A stretch of DNA of 63,526 nucleotides, filler included, from Octopus bimaculoides (GCF_001194135.2; 4 parts of 4 records of this genome joined end to end with filler, not necessarily neighbours in it); one strand, 5' to 3'. Positions 12,001-25,003 are shown, numbered from the whole stretch's first letter. A program made the numbers and translations. Notes: generated from the letters alone by a model not told the origin.

Positions 12001-13049
12001 GAAGGGAATAAAAAATAAAAACATTTACCATTTATCTCCTGGACCATGGATTCAGACTTTTTTTTAACAAATAAAATAATTTGCTAGGCGAAGTCTTCAT
12101 CAGCAGGTACGCCTAGATTAAACATATAAGTACGAGGCAATCCAGCATGTGCCCCGTGCTTATACATTATAATTTTTCAAATCCACCGTGCAAGCGCAGT
12201 TTTTGTCAGCATTAAATAAAAATAATGCCGGCGTTTCTTCGAAAATTTTGTTGGTAGTGATTCTGGTGGTGTTGATATGTTGCTGGTCAATGGACCTTTT
12301 GTTGCTCCGTCGAACATTTTACCTTTCAGCTACGGGCAGCCATTTTTGTCTCTACACCACGATGACATTTTGCGACAGGCTCGTCTCCACTTCGTCGCTC
12401 GATGAGGACGCAGATCGAAGAGGACTGAGAGAGAGATGGAAGAGGTATTCATGAAAGCGAATGATGGTGTGAACCAAGACCTCTTGCTGTGTTTTGTTTT
12501 TTTTACCTTTATATCGTTATCACTTGCCATCCTGGAAACACTATAAATGTTAGGAATGCTTCTTCACTGCAGTCAGGTTACCAAAAGTTAGGTAAATCGA
12601 ACCTATTCAGCTGACTTTGTAACGGATTAATGCTGTACTAAGGAATTGATCATCAATCAATAATTCCAATGTTGTCTGTTGTTATAGTCTTGAAGCAACG
12701 ATAAGCATGCAATGTTGAAAAGGAAGATTGCTAGAAGATAGTTGGAAACAGTTTCAGAATATGTATAGACTCAAAACGAGAAGAAAAATAACACAAGATA
12801 AATTAGATTTTCGTGATCAGAGATAAGTTGACCACTTCTGATGAAAAACAAATTTTGAATTAAAAACAGGAACATTGTTGTTTGGTTAGCTTTACAAGGG
12901 GGATCTTTCTGTTTATGTTTATTAATTTTCTGTGAATTGAGTTATTAAATGAAAGACGTAGTAGTGGTACCCAGAATGTTACATATTCTTAGAAATAAAC
13001 AAGACATGACGGCTATATTAACTGTTAGAACGACTTACGTATGAAGTAT

Positions 13050-14667
13050 TTCACTAGCTTAGTAGGTGCCAAGGTGAAAGTGTTTGTAACTGTTGCTTGT
13101 ATTGATATTTCTAATATTCTTCTTTGTATTTTGTTGCTCTTTTTATCTGTTATTTTAATCCAGCCGTCCATGAGGGAGCTGATCTATGGTACACAGGTGG
13201 CCATTCTAAATAAACAAGTACTTTATCATATTGACTACAGTCTGGTAGTCTGGCTATGTTTCATGTACTTTCTTATTATTCTTTTTTGTCTATAGAGCAA
13301 GGTTTGTAACGTGATCTTGATCAGAGCATAGCGGTTGTTATTCTTTTGCATTCATCCTTGATAATATGCTTCCTGGCACGAGAGTTAACAAGATCATTGG
13401 TGCCGCAACCACTTTGTGTGTATGTATTTCTCTTTCGCTAAACATAGTGGAACGGATAATCCTTTTAGGGGGATATTGTAATGGTTGTAATAGTCTGGGA
13501 TGCTACGGATAAATGTGTGATCACAAGTAGAGACCCTTTAATGTACAGACGGTCTCTCATTTTGAGTATATTTTACTTGAATATTTGGTCAATATATATG
13601 GTCTGTGTGTAGCAATGGGATGATGTTACATACACATTTTATGTTCTCTGTAATTTGTTAAGATTTGTTATGGAATAGATTGGAGGTAATCAGGACTGTC
13701 ACTTAGCGGGATGGGATATTTTCTTGAAGCTTCTACAGTTATTTTATTAAAATATAGATTGCTGTGTCTATATTTGCGGTGATTGTTGTGGTGTTGAAAT
13801 CTGTGAACTCTAATTCTACCACTTGATGAAATTATTCCACTGGAGTGTTTTTAAGATTGAGATTGATTTTGTTTCCTTTTTTGAAGTGTGAATGTAATGA
13901 TAATAGACAGTTGGTTGCAAGAAAGGATACACTTTATGATAAAGTTTTGGTAGCTAGGAGTGTAACGCAAAGCTGATGTCTGAATGAGTTATTGTAGTTA
14001 GTTTTGCAACGTGTTTGCAATGTGTGGGTTGTTTCGGATATAAAGAAAAATTAGTTGCGATGCGCTGCATCTTGTTTTGTTTTATGTGTAATTTTTGTAC
14101 CAGGATGTTTTTATATATATTGAAGTCATCGATAGTGGTGTTTGATGGTGTTCTAGTTTTTCTTAGCAAACTGTATAACCCAGTGGGAGAAGATTGTTCA
14201 GATTTCTTTATCAGCTCTTTGGATACATTAGTAGTCACTGTTATGCATGGGTTTAAATACAAGTACATTGGTTATTTCTTTTGTGGTCGTCGCGGTTATG
14301 AGCCTCGCATCAATCCTAATCAAGCAGACCTGTACTCAAAAACATTCTCTTCGTGATCAACTGGACATTTTCTTCCCAGTCGACTCCTAAGATTCCATCA
14401 TTCAATATAACCTAATTTTTTGAAAACTGTTGGTTGAGATTTGAAAATGATTTTACTGCTCTTTTACTCTTTTACTCTTTTACTTGTTTCAGTCATTTGA
14501 CTGCGGCCATGCTGGAGCACCGCCTTTAGTTGAGCTAATCGACCCCAGGACTTATACTTTGTAAGCCTAGTACTTATTCTATCGGTCTCTTTTGCCGAAC
14601 CGCTAAGTTATGGGGACATAAACACACCAGCACAGGTTGTCAAGCGATGTTGGGGAGACAAACACAG

Positions 14668-14704
<37 letters not shown>

Positions 14705-15300
14705 CACGACGGGCTTCTTTCAGTTTCCGTCTACCAAATCCACTCACAAGGCTTTGGTCGGCCCGAGGCTATAGTAGAAGACACTTGCCCAGGGTGCCAT
14801 GCAGTGGGACTGAACCCAGAACCATGTGGTTGGTAAGCAAGCTACTTGCCACATAGCCACACCTGCTTTTTTTTGTGTGGTCAAGCTACCTGATAGTGGT
14901 TCTTCCGTTGGCTCGTTAGCTTGTGGTTATTGTTGTATTCACATCAGGATCGTTGAGGAAGCTTGTGACTTTAACAAAAGACAATGATATCACTTCTACA
15001 TTCCTGTTGTGTTTTGATGTGATTCGAAGTGTGATTGAATGGGTTATTATTAGTACTTTTTGCTTTCTGTTTATAAGTGTTTGGGTTTTATGTTCACTGT
15101 TTCTATGTTTTTATAGTTTGTTTTGTATAAGATCACTCGATATTAATCCGCGGTTTGATTTGAGTGTTTGTCTATCGTGTTTCAGTTGTAACCATCTCGC
15201 TTTTATTAATATTACTTTTGCCTGACATATTTGTCGGATTAAACTTTTCTATATCTCATCCTTTTTAAGATGGTATGAAGTAATTTGAGGGAGATTTAGC
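13050..15300 (-). mobile_element. Degenerate LINE ORF2 remnant (RTE/L2/CR1-like RT C-terminus), interrupted by a SINE
   Basis: Minus-strand pieces KGSLLVI (cf. YLGSLI), EIHTHKVVAAPMILL (cf. KIYKTVVRPILLY) and KDECKRITTAM (cf. KRITAAEM) occur in the expected order. Heavily mutated; the upstream limit is uncertain. Confidence 0.4.
14452..14866 (-). mobile_element. tRNA-derived SINE type A (CORE-like), full length with internal (CA)/(TA)n
   Basis: Head TGGCTATGTGGCAAG (A-box) and GGTTCAGTCCC (B-box), CCCTGGGCAAGTG CORE-like motif, internal microsatellite, (GAGTAAAA)n tail. Confidence 0.9.
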
Positions 15301-16860
15301 TGCTAAATATAGTAAGATGAGCGACCGTGAATAGGTTTATTTGTTGGTTCATTTTCTTCTTTTACTGCCATTGATTGTGTTACTGGTGCGTTGATTTTAT
15401 CGCTAATGGTATTTCTGTTACTCTTATTGATTTTATTTCATTCCTAGTTGTAGAAACCAAAGAAAAAATGCTATTTTGCCTTTTCGTTATTGAAAATAAA
15501 ACAAAACTAATTAAAGGAAACCCTACTTTATCCGAAGTAAACTATATTTGTTGAAATTAAATAAATTGGCCACAGGAGAAGACCATCTGAAATACTATAC
15601 ACTTCTTGCTAACAAGTTTAGTGCTGTAATCTGTGTCCGTTTTTGCCTTCTGCTTTTCTCTCTCTCCCTTTCTTTCGAATAGTTGACCTGTCAATTTCTA
15701 TTGTTGCCTTGGAAGATTCTTTATATTTCATTGTCTTCTTCCTTCTGATGTTCTCGTTGCTGTTTAGCCCTAGGTCAACCCTGATCGCAGACTTATAATC
15801 AAAAGTGTTCAAGCTATACCCAAACCGTCTTCTTTTTGTTTGTTCTTTTTTTTCTTTTTTGAGAATATGTAGAACTATATTATCCATCTTCGTTATCATT
15901 ACTTTTTTAAGATGACATACTATGATTTGAGTAAAATTTGGCTGCTACTTCTGTCATTTTAAATGACTACATGGAAAATACCTTGGTTGGATGGGGTTTA
16001 GTGCTGTTTATGTGACTCTTAGTTAATATTAATTGCGAGCAAGGACACAATATTTCGTTTTACAACCATAATATACAACCGAGTATATTAAAGGTTTAAA
16101 ATCAATAATATGTATTGCTTTTATGCTAGAAGGGCGATGTTTTCATTTTTAAGTTCATATCCACAGGTTTTCTATAGAGTCAAGAACCAGCACTGGAAGT
16201 TACAGTACTTCACATACGAATACGTTTATGAAATTTTCAGTGCTGATTCTTAGCTCTATAGAAAATATGCTGAGATTAAAATTTAATTAGTTAAATAAAT
16301 CGAGCAAAATGGCTCCAGCCAGGAAGAAACGTCGACTCTGCTCATCGAGAACTAAACTGCAATGTATGACGATCAAGCTGTTAAACTTAATTTTGTCCTC
16401 TTACACCCTGAGACGTGAAAACACGTGGCCAAGTAAATAAAGCGTATGGCTCCTGATTTTGAGTTCGATTCCTGGATCGGCTGGCGCATCGTTTTTTCTT
16501 TTTTTTTCTTTTTTTTTGCAAGGCAAAACTTGAAATGAATTGCAGTAACACCTACGGAATTAACCCTGCGATTGTTGCTGTCCTGTTGGAAAGGAGACTT
16601 GTACGCTCAACCGTAAAAATACGGGTCAATTCCAGCCTGATGAACCTGTAGTCTCGATACTAGTGTTCTGAGTTCGAATGCCATAGCCTTTAAATTGCAA
16701 TATTGATATACATCACCTTGTGCAGGACCAGTTCAATAGACTACATACATTCTTCCAATAAAAGTATTAGAATCTTCAAACTAAACTTTGCTTTTCGTTC
16801 CGCTGGGATAGATACCAGTCGAGTACAGAGGTCGAGTTAATTGACAAAACCTTTATATAT

Positions 16861-16960
16861 NNNNNNNNNNNNNNNNNNNNNNNNNNNNNNNNNNNNNNNN
16901 NNNNTTAATTAATTAANNNNNNNNNNNNNNNNNNNNNNNNNNNNNNNNNNNNNNNNNNNN
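16861..16960. other. Assembly scaffold linker N44-TTAATTAATTAA-N44
   Basis: Identical 100-bp construct also at 29894-29993 and 56661-56760. Has stop codons in all six frames. Confidence 0.95.
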
Positions 16961-17855
16961 ATATATACATATATATATATATATGTGTGTGTGTGAACTC
17001 CACAGAAAAGTCACAAATGCGCTGGCATCTACTTTACTAGCAACACAAATCAAACTTCATCGAGTTCAAAGATATGTGTGTGTATCTGTGCATATGTATG
17101 GCGTGTATGTATACGTGTGTATATGCATGTGTGTGTGCTTGTATGTGTTTGTGTATGTGTGTGTGTGTTTATGTGTGTCGGTGTGTGTGTCCGTACGCAC
17201 TGATATATGACTGTCTGTTTGTGTGTATATTTGGAATGTATAATGCGAACTTAGAAACCAACTACCATTTATGGTAAAATTCGATAATTGAATAAGCGTC
17301 CATTTATTGCTACGGACATTTAAAAGAAAGGGCGGCTTTGTAAGACGAGAGCCTGCCTTCTGAATGAATAGAATGCTTGGAATAATTACGTACGTATATT
17401 ATTATCTATACCGGACAAGCGTTGATATGATACCCAAGATTTAAATAGACGATAAGCTTAAGAAACCATACGAATGGTAATGTTTCAACCGAAATACAAA
17501 TAATTGAATGAAACTTCCAAACACTTGATGCTGTACATATACTGAAGTATTAGAAATAATGTTTGAAATTCTAATTGAAAGGGGAAATTATGAAAAGTCA
17601 ATGACACGCTTTTAATATGAATAGGTGCTGCATGAAATATAACAAATATTCTACGGGTGTACGTAAGAGTATCAAATTAAATTTGACACTTATGTAAAAT
17701 GATGGAGCATAATGCATACATACAATACCAGCTCAGCTTTAAGATTATTATCATTTAGACTATTTATCTCTTCATGAAAGCGTATATTTAGGATATTTAT
17801 ATTTATACTACGTAGCCAGAAGTTTCATCTGCTATTATCTAATTCCGGTACATAC

Positions 17856-17891
<36 letters not shown>

Positions 17892-18009
17892 ATGTAATAT
17901 AATTTTTCTGAATCTTCAGATTTTTTCAATATGTTAGGCCACTGGTTTTAAATTGATATTAATCAAATTAATAATCAATTTTTCGCCCTTATTATTCAAA
18001 TTTATATAT

Positions 18010-18432
18010 ATATATTATCCCTAATAGCATTATATATATTATATATATATATATATTATCCCTAATATTATTATATATATATTATATTATATATATATAT
18101 ATATTATCCCTAATATTATTATATATATATTATATTATATATATAATATATTATCCCTAATATTATTATATATATATTATATTATATATATAATATATAA
18201 TCCCTAATATTATTATATATATATTATATTATATAATATATAATCCCTAATATTATTATATATATATTATATTATATTATATATTATCCCTAATATTATT
18301 ATATATATATTATATTATATTATATAATATATTATCCCTAATATTATTATATATATATTATATTATATATATAATATATTATCCCTAATATTATTATATA
18401 TATATTATATTATATATATAATATATTATCCC

Positions 18433-18440
<8 letters not shown>
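18010..18440. repeat. AT-rich minisatellite, about 11 units of about 35-42 bp with invariant ATCCCTAAT core
   Basis: Repeated (T)ATCCCTAATATTATTATATATATATTATATT.. units of variable TA length. Confidence 0.9.
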
Positions 18441-18485
<45 letters not shown>

Positions 18486-18487
<2 letters not shown>

Positions 18488-19310
18488 AAAAAAGACAAGG
18501 TAGAAAATGCTAAAATACTTTTATAAAAAACATTACAGTTACGGTTTCGATCCTTGAGATCTTTTCAACAGTAAATATGGATAACAAATTTTGGAAAAAT
18601 TAAATTTTGGCAAATTTAAATGGAAAGTCTTTTTAAAAACATATTTGTATAGTATTCAAATACCAGGGGTTTTTTCTTGTTTTTGTCTGTCTCTGTTTCT
18701 CTTGTTAACTCTTGTGGGTTCGAGGTCGTTGTGAATTCTTGACTAAGAAGAAGAAGAAAAAGAAGGGGGAGTGCTATGACAGTAGCAGAGTGTTAATTGG
18801 TTAAGTGGTCTGAAAATGACCTGTTGTTGACGGGAGTGGTGATTTGAATTCTTGAGAAATCTGTTTTGAATGTATTGTTTATAGTGTTTGCCTAGGTGTT
18901 ATTCTAAACAGCAGTAGTAGTAATAAAGTAAGGGAGGATGTGGTGGAAAGAAAGAAGACGGAGAAGGAGAGGGATGAGTAGATGAAGAGAAATAGTAATA
19001 ATAGAACGCTGGATAGTGTGATAGTAACTAGTCGAGTGAGCAGTGATTGGGGTTGGGTTTTTTTTTCTATTTTTTTATAATTCCTTGAGTATCTCTTTGG
19101 AGTTTATCATTTTTAATATTTACGTGTGTGCTATTCTAACGTCGTGGTGGATATCTCATTTGTTGTAGATGCGTTCAGAAGGGGTCTGTATTTTGTGATG
19201 AAGAGAGACTCGTTACTTCTTCTTTGGATGTAGATTATATCGTCTCTGAATTGATAGATGGGGGGGGGGGATTCTGAAACTTGGATTTTTGTTATTGGCG
19301 CAAATATCGA
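18486..19310 (-). mobile_element. Penelope-like element 3' portion (GIY-YIG C-terminus and terminal repeat region)
   Basis: 19310 to 19130 reads HIDICANNKNPSFRIPP-YQFRDDIIYIQRRSNESLFITKYRPLLN (one frameshift), matching the PLE EN C-terminal pattern E.FI.KYKP.LN. The downstream sequence is non-coding. Confidence 0.65.
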
Positions 19311-21193
19311 TGTGTAGGGTGATGATGACGATGAGGATAATGACGATGATGATGATGAAAAAGATGATGATGAATATGATGATGAGGATGAGGATGATGA
19401 TGACGATGACGATGATGCTGATTTTGATGATAATGACGATTACGATGACGATGATAACGATGATGATCAAGTTGATGATCAAGATGGTGATAACGATGAT
19501 GATGATGATGATGATGATGCTGTTGCTGCTGATGATGATGAGGAGGAGGAGGATGATAATGATGACGATGATGATCAAGGTGATGATAACGATGATGATG
19601 ATGATGATGCTGTTGCTGCTGCTGCTGATGATGATGATGAGGAGGAGGAGGAGGATGATTACGACGACGATGATGATGACGACGACCACGAAGATGACAA
19701 TGACCATCATCCGGATCATGATCAAGAACGATGATAATGATTATGATTATGATGATGATGATTACGACGACGACGACGACGATGATGACAATTATGATGC
19801 TTCTGATCATTATAATGTTTACGCACCCTCATTTATCCTAATGTCGCCGAGATGAGAACCACATTCTCTACCGTTGAATTACTGTGTTGAATCAATTTCG
19901 ACGTTGTTTCTTCATCCGGTGGTAAGAGGAGAGTGTAAGGACACAGGCTGGAGGATCCCGTTCAGTGTTGTTATCATAGTTGTTATTGTTGATGTTGCTG
20001 GAGGTTTTGGTGTATTTGGCGGTGGTGATGGTGGTGTAAATGATGGAGCGATGGGGGAAGTATTAATGTCGACGTTAGCAATGGCGGTGATGTTGGCGTC
20101 GGTGGCGTTAGGACTCGTACTGGAGATGTTGGACGCGGCGGTGGTGTGGCTGATGTCGTATCATTGATGGTGATGTGGTGATACAGACAACGGTGTTGGC
20201 GGTGATGATGGCGGTGGTAGTGGTGGTGGTTATAGTTGTGGTTGTAGTTGTGGTTGTGATTGTGGTTGTAGTTGCAGTTGTGGTTATGGTGATAATTTTG
20301 TTGTTGTTTTTGGTGATGGTAGTGTTGTTGTTGGTGGTGTTGTTGGTGGCGTTGTTGTTGTTGGTGGTAGTGGTGGTGGTGGTGGTGGTGATGATAATGG
20401 TGGTGGCGGTGGTAGTGATAGTGGTGGTGGTGGTAGTGTTTTGTTTAGCCCCAAATCAGCCCATTTGGTGGTGAATATTTGGTCAAATAAGGAAATCCAG
20501 CCATGGCTATTCCATCTGTTTATTATTATTATTATCATCCACTGACACACACACTTACATTCAGACTGAAGAATGTTATTTGTGGCTTCTATTTCTAGTA
20601 GACACCTTTACTCAATGACAGGTGGAGGTGTTTGTTGGTGATGGTGGCGGTCGTGATGATGGTGATGGTGTTGGCGGTTTGGGAGTGGGGGTAGTGACAG
20701 TGTTGCTCTTGTTGTTAGTTGTGGTGGTGGTGGTGGTGGTGGTGCTGCTGCTGCTGTTGCCAGTGCTGGTGGTGTTGATGGTGACGATGCTACTGATGGT
20801 TGCGTTTGTCCTGTATTTTATGATAATGGTGGCTGCTATACCAGCGATTGTATAATGGTTTACAGTGGTAAGAGTAATGACTGTAGTGGGGAGGCGGGGC
20901 GGGCAAGGTATAAGCTGTAAGTGGTGATGTAGTAATAATGGTATAGGCAGTAGTAGTTGTTGTCATTGATGATGCTGTTGATGGTGGTGGTGGTGGTGGT
21001 GGTTGTCGGTGGTGCAGGTAGTGATGTTGGTGTTTGTAGGAATAGTAGCTAAAAGCTAATAAAAGCTAATAAAAACGAAAATATATATATATGTATGGAA
21101 ACCAACAACAAATACAATGTTACAAAAAGTGTCATAAAAATATAATAAAAACAAAATTGTAAGAACATCAATAATAATAATAATAATAATAAT

Positions 21194-21240
<47 letters not shown>

Positions 21241-21690
21241 ATGGTAGTGGTGGTGGTTGTAGTAGTAACAGTAGCGGCGGTAGTATTAGTAGTAGTACAA
21301 TAATATTAACGTTACTACTACTAATAATAATGATGATGATGATAATAAAGAACATCAATAATAATAATAATAATTAGTAGTAGTGGTGGTGGTGGTGGTG
21401 GTGGTGCTGGTGGTGTTATAGTGGTGGGTGGTTGTAGTAGCGGCGGTAGTATTAATAGTAGTAGTAGTAGTAGTACAACTATAAGTAGTGTTATAGTAAT
21501 AACATTAACGTTACTACTACTAATAATAATAATGATGATAATAATAATGATGATAATAATAATAATGATAATAATAATAATGATAATAATAATAATGATA
21601 ATAATAATAATAATAATGATAATAATAATAATGATAATAATAATAATAATGACAATAATAATAACAATAATAATAATAATCTAAAGTAGA
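19311..21690. repeat. Compound trinucleotide island: (GAT)n, (GGT)n, (GTT)n, (AGT)n, (AAT)n with short complex spacers
   Basis: Direct reading. It contains higher-order duplications (see findings). Confidence 0.9.
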
Positions 21691-22226
21691 ACAAAAACCA
21701 GTAAGTCAAAACAATAAAGATAACAATATGTCTTACTAAAACATAAACAAAATAATAACAAAAAGAAACAAACATTTTGAAAATAAATATAAAAAAGACA
21801 AAAAAATTGCCCAAATATTGAACACACAATGATTTCTCAACTTCCAATCCCTCCATCCACCGCCCAACACAGATCTATCTCTTTACTTCTCTTGCCTCTG
21901 TCTGTCTGTTCGTCCTGTTTAGCAAGCTAATAATTTATTCATAGATTTACACCGGCTGATTGGTACAATAGGGAGGGAAGGGTCGGCTGACTTGCTGGGA
22001 GGCTGGTTGGTTGGTTGGTTGGTTGGATGGCCAGGTGGATGAATGAATGGATAGATGGGCGGGTGGATGGGTGAATGGCTGGACGGGTGGGTGGGTGTAT
22101 GGAGGGCTGGTTTGAATGGTGATGGTGTGTGCAGCGAGGTTACAGCATAAACACACCGCAGCGCATACGTATTTCATAAAATGTGCGCTTGCCTATGTAA
22201 TTTGTGCATGTGTGTGTGTATATACA

Positions 22227-22274
<48 letters not shown>

Positions 22275-22479
22275 CCCGCGCACACGGGGAGTGTGTGTGG
22301 TGCCTGTATGTATGGGCTTGTGTATGTTAAACAGTGGTCGTTATAGTCAAACACAAGCACACATACACGCATATATAGTTATACGCTATGCGTATATATA
22401 TATATTCATGTATGCATAAATGTATGATGTATGTATGTCTGTGTGTATATATGCATGTATGCATGTGTATGTATGGATG

Positions 22480-22860
22480 CGGGTGCTATTGCTCTGCTGT
22501 GTCTTTGAGTGGAGGTGTTGATGTCTCATCTGGTTGTGAAGCAGTTCTTTACGTGTTCTGGTCCTTTCTCCCGTGACACTAGAGCCGCTCTCGCCACTCA
22601 CAGACGCAGACGATAAAACTCTCCCAGAACAGCACGAGAGCTTTTGATTCAGATTTTGCCACTCTTGGCCTGATGTTTCCAGCTTCGAGCTGTACCACTC
22701 ATCCTCTTTTCAGACCGATATAATGGCTTACTTTCTCAGCAGCCTCGGACAATTTTCTGACAGCATACGGACAGTAATACATTTGCAAAAAAGATTTTGT
22801 CTTTTCGTTGTTGCTTCTGTCTTTAGCCTCTTGTCATTTCCACCATCTTGTATATTTTAA
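22480..22860. other. Complex, GC-richer island; candidate exon/5' UTR (strand unresolved)
   Basis: Non-repetitive sequence between microsatellites. Plus strand has acceptor CTCATCCTCTTTTCAG followed by ATAATGG. Minus strand has GTAAGC and GTGAGT donor-like sites and an about 100-codon stop-free frame. No protein family recognised. Confidence 0.25.
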
Positions 22861-23229
22861 CGTCTGTTGTATTATTATTATTATTATTATCTTTAATATT
22901 ATAAAACAATAATGTTAAAGTATTTACCCCGTCATCATCATCACAACCTCAACGAAACCAACACCAAATATCACTGAATTAAGATTCATAAGAAAAAATA
23001 TTGAAAAACAAAAATATGTGAAACGATTTACAGTTCTGCGGTTTTGTTTAGGTTTTTTTTCTGTTGTTTTTTTGTTTTGTCTTGTTTTTGTCGGTCAGCT
23101 TGAGTGATGGGAAAGACAAAAGGAGATGAAATATGATGAATGATTAAAGATGAAAGAGGAAAAGGTGAAAAATGGAATGATAGACAGAAGACACTTAAAA
23201 GGAAATTGTGCTCTTCCTACAAACAATTA

Positions 23230-23333
23230 TTTTTATTGTTCATCATCATCATCATCATCACCTTCTTCTTCTGATACAACTACAACTGCTAATTATTATT
23301 ATTATTATTGTTATTATTATTATTATCATTTAA

Positions 23334-23367
<34 letters not shown>

Positions 23368-23665
23368 TGTGGTGACGGCGGTGGTGGTGATGGTGTTGAC
23401 GGCGGCGGTGGTGGTGGTGGTGGTATAGGTCTTGGTTATTCACACTTAAGTAGACTTATTTTTAATGTATTTTACATTAGTAGTTTATTTTATTACTATA
23501 CCATCATCATCATCATCATCATTGTTGTTGTTTCTGATATTATTTATTGCAGTTATTTTTATCATATTGTTTCTATTATTAGTTTCTATTCTTGTAACTA
23601 TAATCAACATCATTACCATCATCATCTAGTTGTTATTATTATCATTATTATTATTATTATTATCA

Positions 23666-23702
<37 letters not shown>

Positions 23703-23720
23703 TACCGTTGTCGTTGCTAT
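23230..23720. repeat. (ATT)/(ATC)/(GGT) trinucleotide cluster
   Basis: Direct reading. Confidence 0.9.
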
Positions 23721-23999
23721 TTCGTGTCTTGTTATTCGCTTTGAACTTTAAACAAAATTTCTTCCGAATGTCACAATAAGAAGATATGTAATAACTTCAT
23801 TAAGTACAGAGCAAGGTTGACAGCCGGAAAAGTTATGTGAAATTTTAAGTACGCAATCAATGGACCGCTGGTCGGGTTGTGTACTGGGCAAATAGAAACC
23901 AAAAGATGTGTAGTGCTTTCGCCTCCAGTGACCTGGCTACAGCCATGTCGTGTGAATAGGACAAAAGACTATATGTGTATGTGTGTGTCAGCGTTTGTG

Positions 24000-24037
<38 letters not shown>

Positions 24038-24039
<2 letters not shown>

Positions 24040-24398
24040 GAGGCGCAATGACTTAGTGGTTAAGGCAGCGGACTCGCGGTCGTAGGATCGTGGTTTCGAT
24101 TCCCAGGCAGGACGTTGTGTGTGTTTATTGAGCGAAAACACCTAAAGCTCCACAAGGCTCTTGCAGGAGGTGGTGACGAACCCTGCTGTACTCTTTCACC
24201 ACAATTTCCTCTCACTCTTTCTTTCTGTTTCTGTTGTACCTGTATTTCAAATGGCTAGCCTTGTCACACTCTGAGTCACGCTGAATCTCCCCGAGGACTT
24301 CGTTAAGGGTACACGTATCTGTGGAGTGCTCAGCCACTTGCACGTTAATTTTACGAGCAGCCAGTCCCATTGATCAACTAGTACCCTCGTCGTTGTAA
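24038..24398 (+). mobile_element. tRNA-derived SINE type C
   Basis: GGAGGCGCAATGACTTAGTGGTTAAGGCAGCGGACTCGCGG...GGTTTCGATTCCC tRNA-like head with A/B boxes, followed by about 290 bp of non-tRNA body. Confidence 0.85.
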
Positions 24399-24635
24399 GT
24401 TACGGAATGCCAGTGTATATATATATATATATATGTTTGTGTGTGTGTTTACATGCATACGTACACACACACACACACACACACGCACATACAGGTAGAT
24501 ACATACATACATACATACATTTGTGTTTGTGTTTGTGTTTGTGTGTGTGTGTGCGTGTGTGTGGTGTACACTGTATTAATGAATATACACAGTAACTTAA
24601 CGAATGCAAATCATATAATCATTAGCCGGGATAAT

Positions 24636-24697
24636 CATTAGCTTACGGCTGTTTCTGCTATAAGCATACTCAGCCCTGAAACAGCTGTAAGCTAATG
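24636..24697. other. 62-nt hairpin with 20-bp stem
   Basis: CATTAGCTTACGGCTGTTTC / GAAACAGCTGTAAGCTAATG pair fully (one G:U on the + transcript), 22-nt loop. Confidence 0.8.
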
Positions 24698-24954
24698 TTG
24701 TTGATTATGTAACTCTCGTTCCCTTGACATAAATTACTCACTATTACGCTATCTACTCGGCAATGTTCTACACTAAAGCATACGTGCATATCGAATTTTA
24801 CAACTGGTTACCTGCATCGCGATACGTAAACGAAATCATTATCAGAGCGCAGGGTTCATAATCGAATTGTTACCTTCCACTCCGGTGAACCCCGATACGA
24901 AACTGATTAGTAAGATCGGCCTTAATGGCTGTATAAAACTGTACACCCCGATTA

Positions 24955-25003
<49 letters not shown>

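Noticed and set aside
12100-12560. GC-richer segment with 66-88-aa ORFs
   Set aside because: Stops interrupt all extended frames and I recognised no family or splice signals; likely a decayed repeat.
16905-16916. TTAATTAATTAA as a biological motif (homeodomain or piggyBac site)
   Set aside because: Always centred in exactly 44+44 Ns, so it is an assembly linker.
18010-18440. CRISPR-like array, or partial I-SceI sites (TAGGGATAA)
   Set aside because: Spacers are only TA repeats, and the 9-bp match to half of an 18-bp site is expected by chance in AT-rich DNA.
19213-19855. 170-188-aa polyH/Q/P, polyM and polyI ORFs
   Set aside because: These are translations of (GAT)n-type repeats, which lack stops in most frames. 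No splice or homology support.
24038-24112. tRNA gene (also at 58112 and the type A heads)
   Set aside because: No proper acceptor stem or poly-T terminator; each continues into a SINE body.
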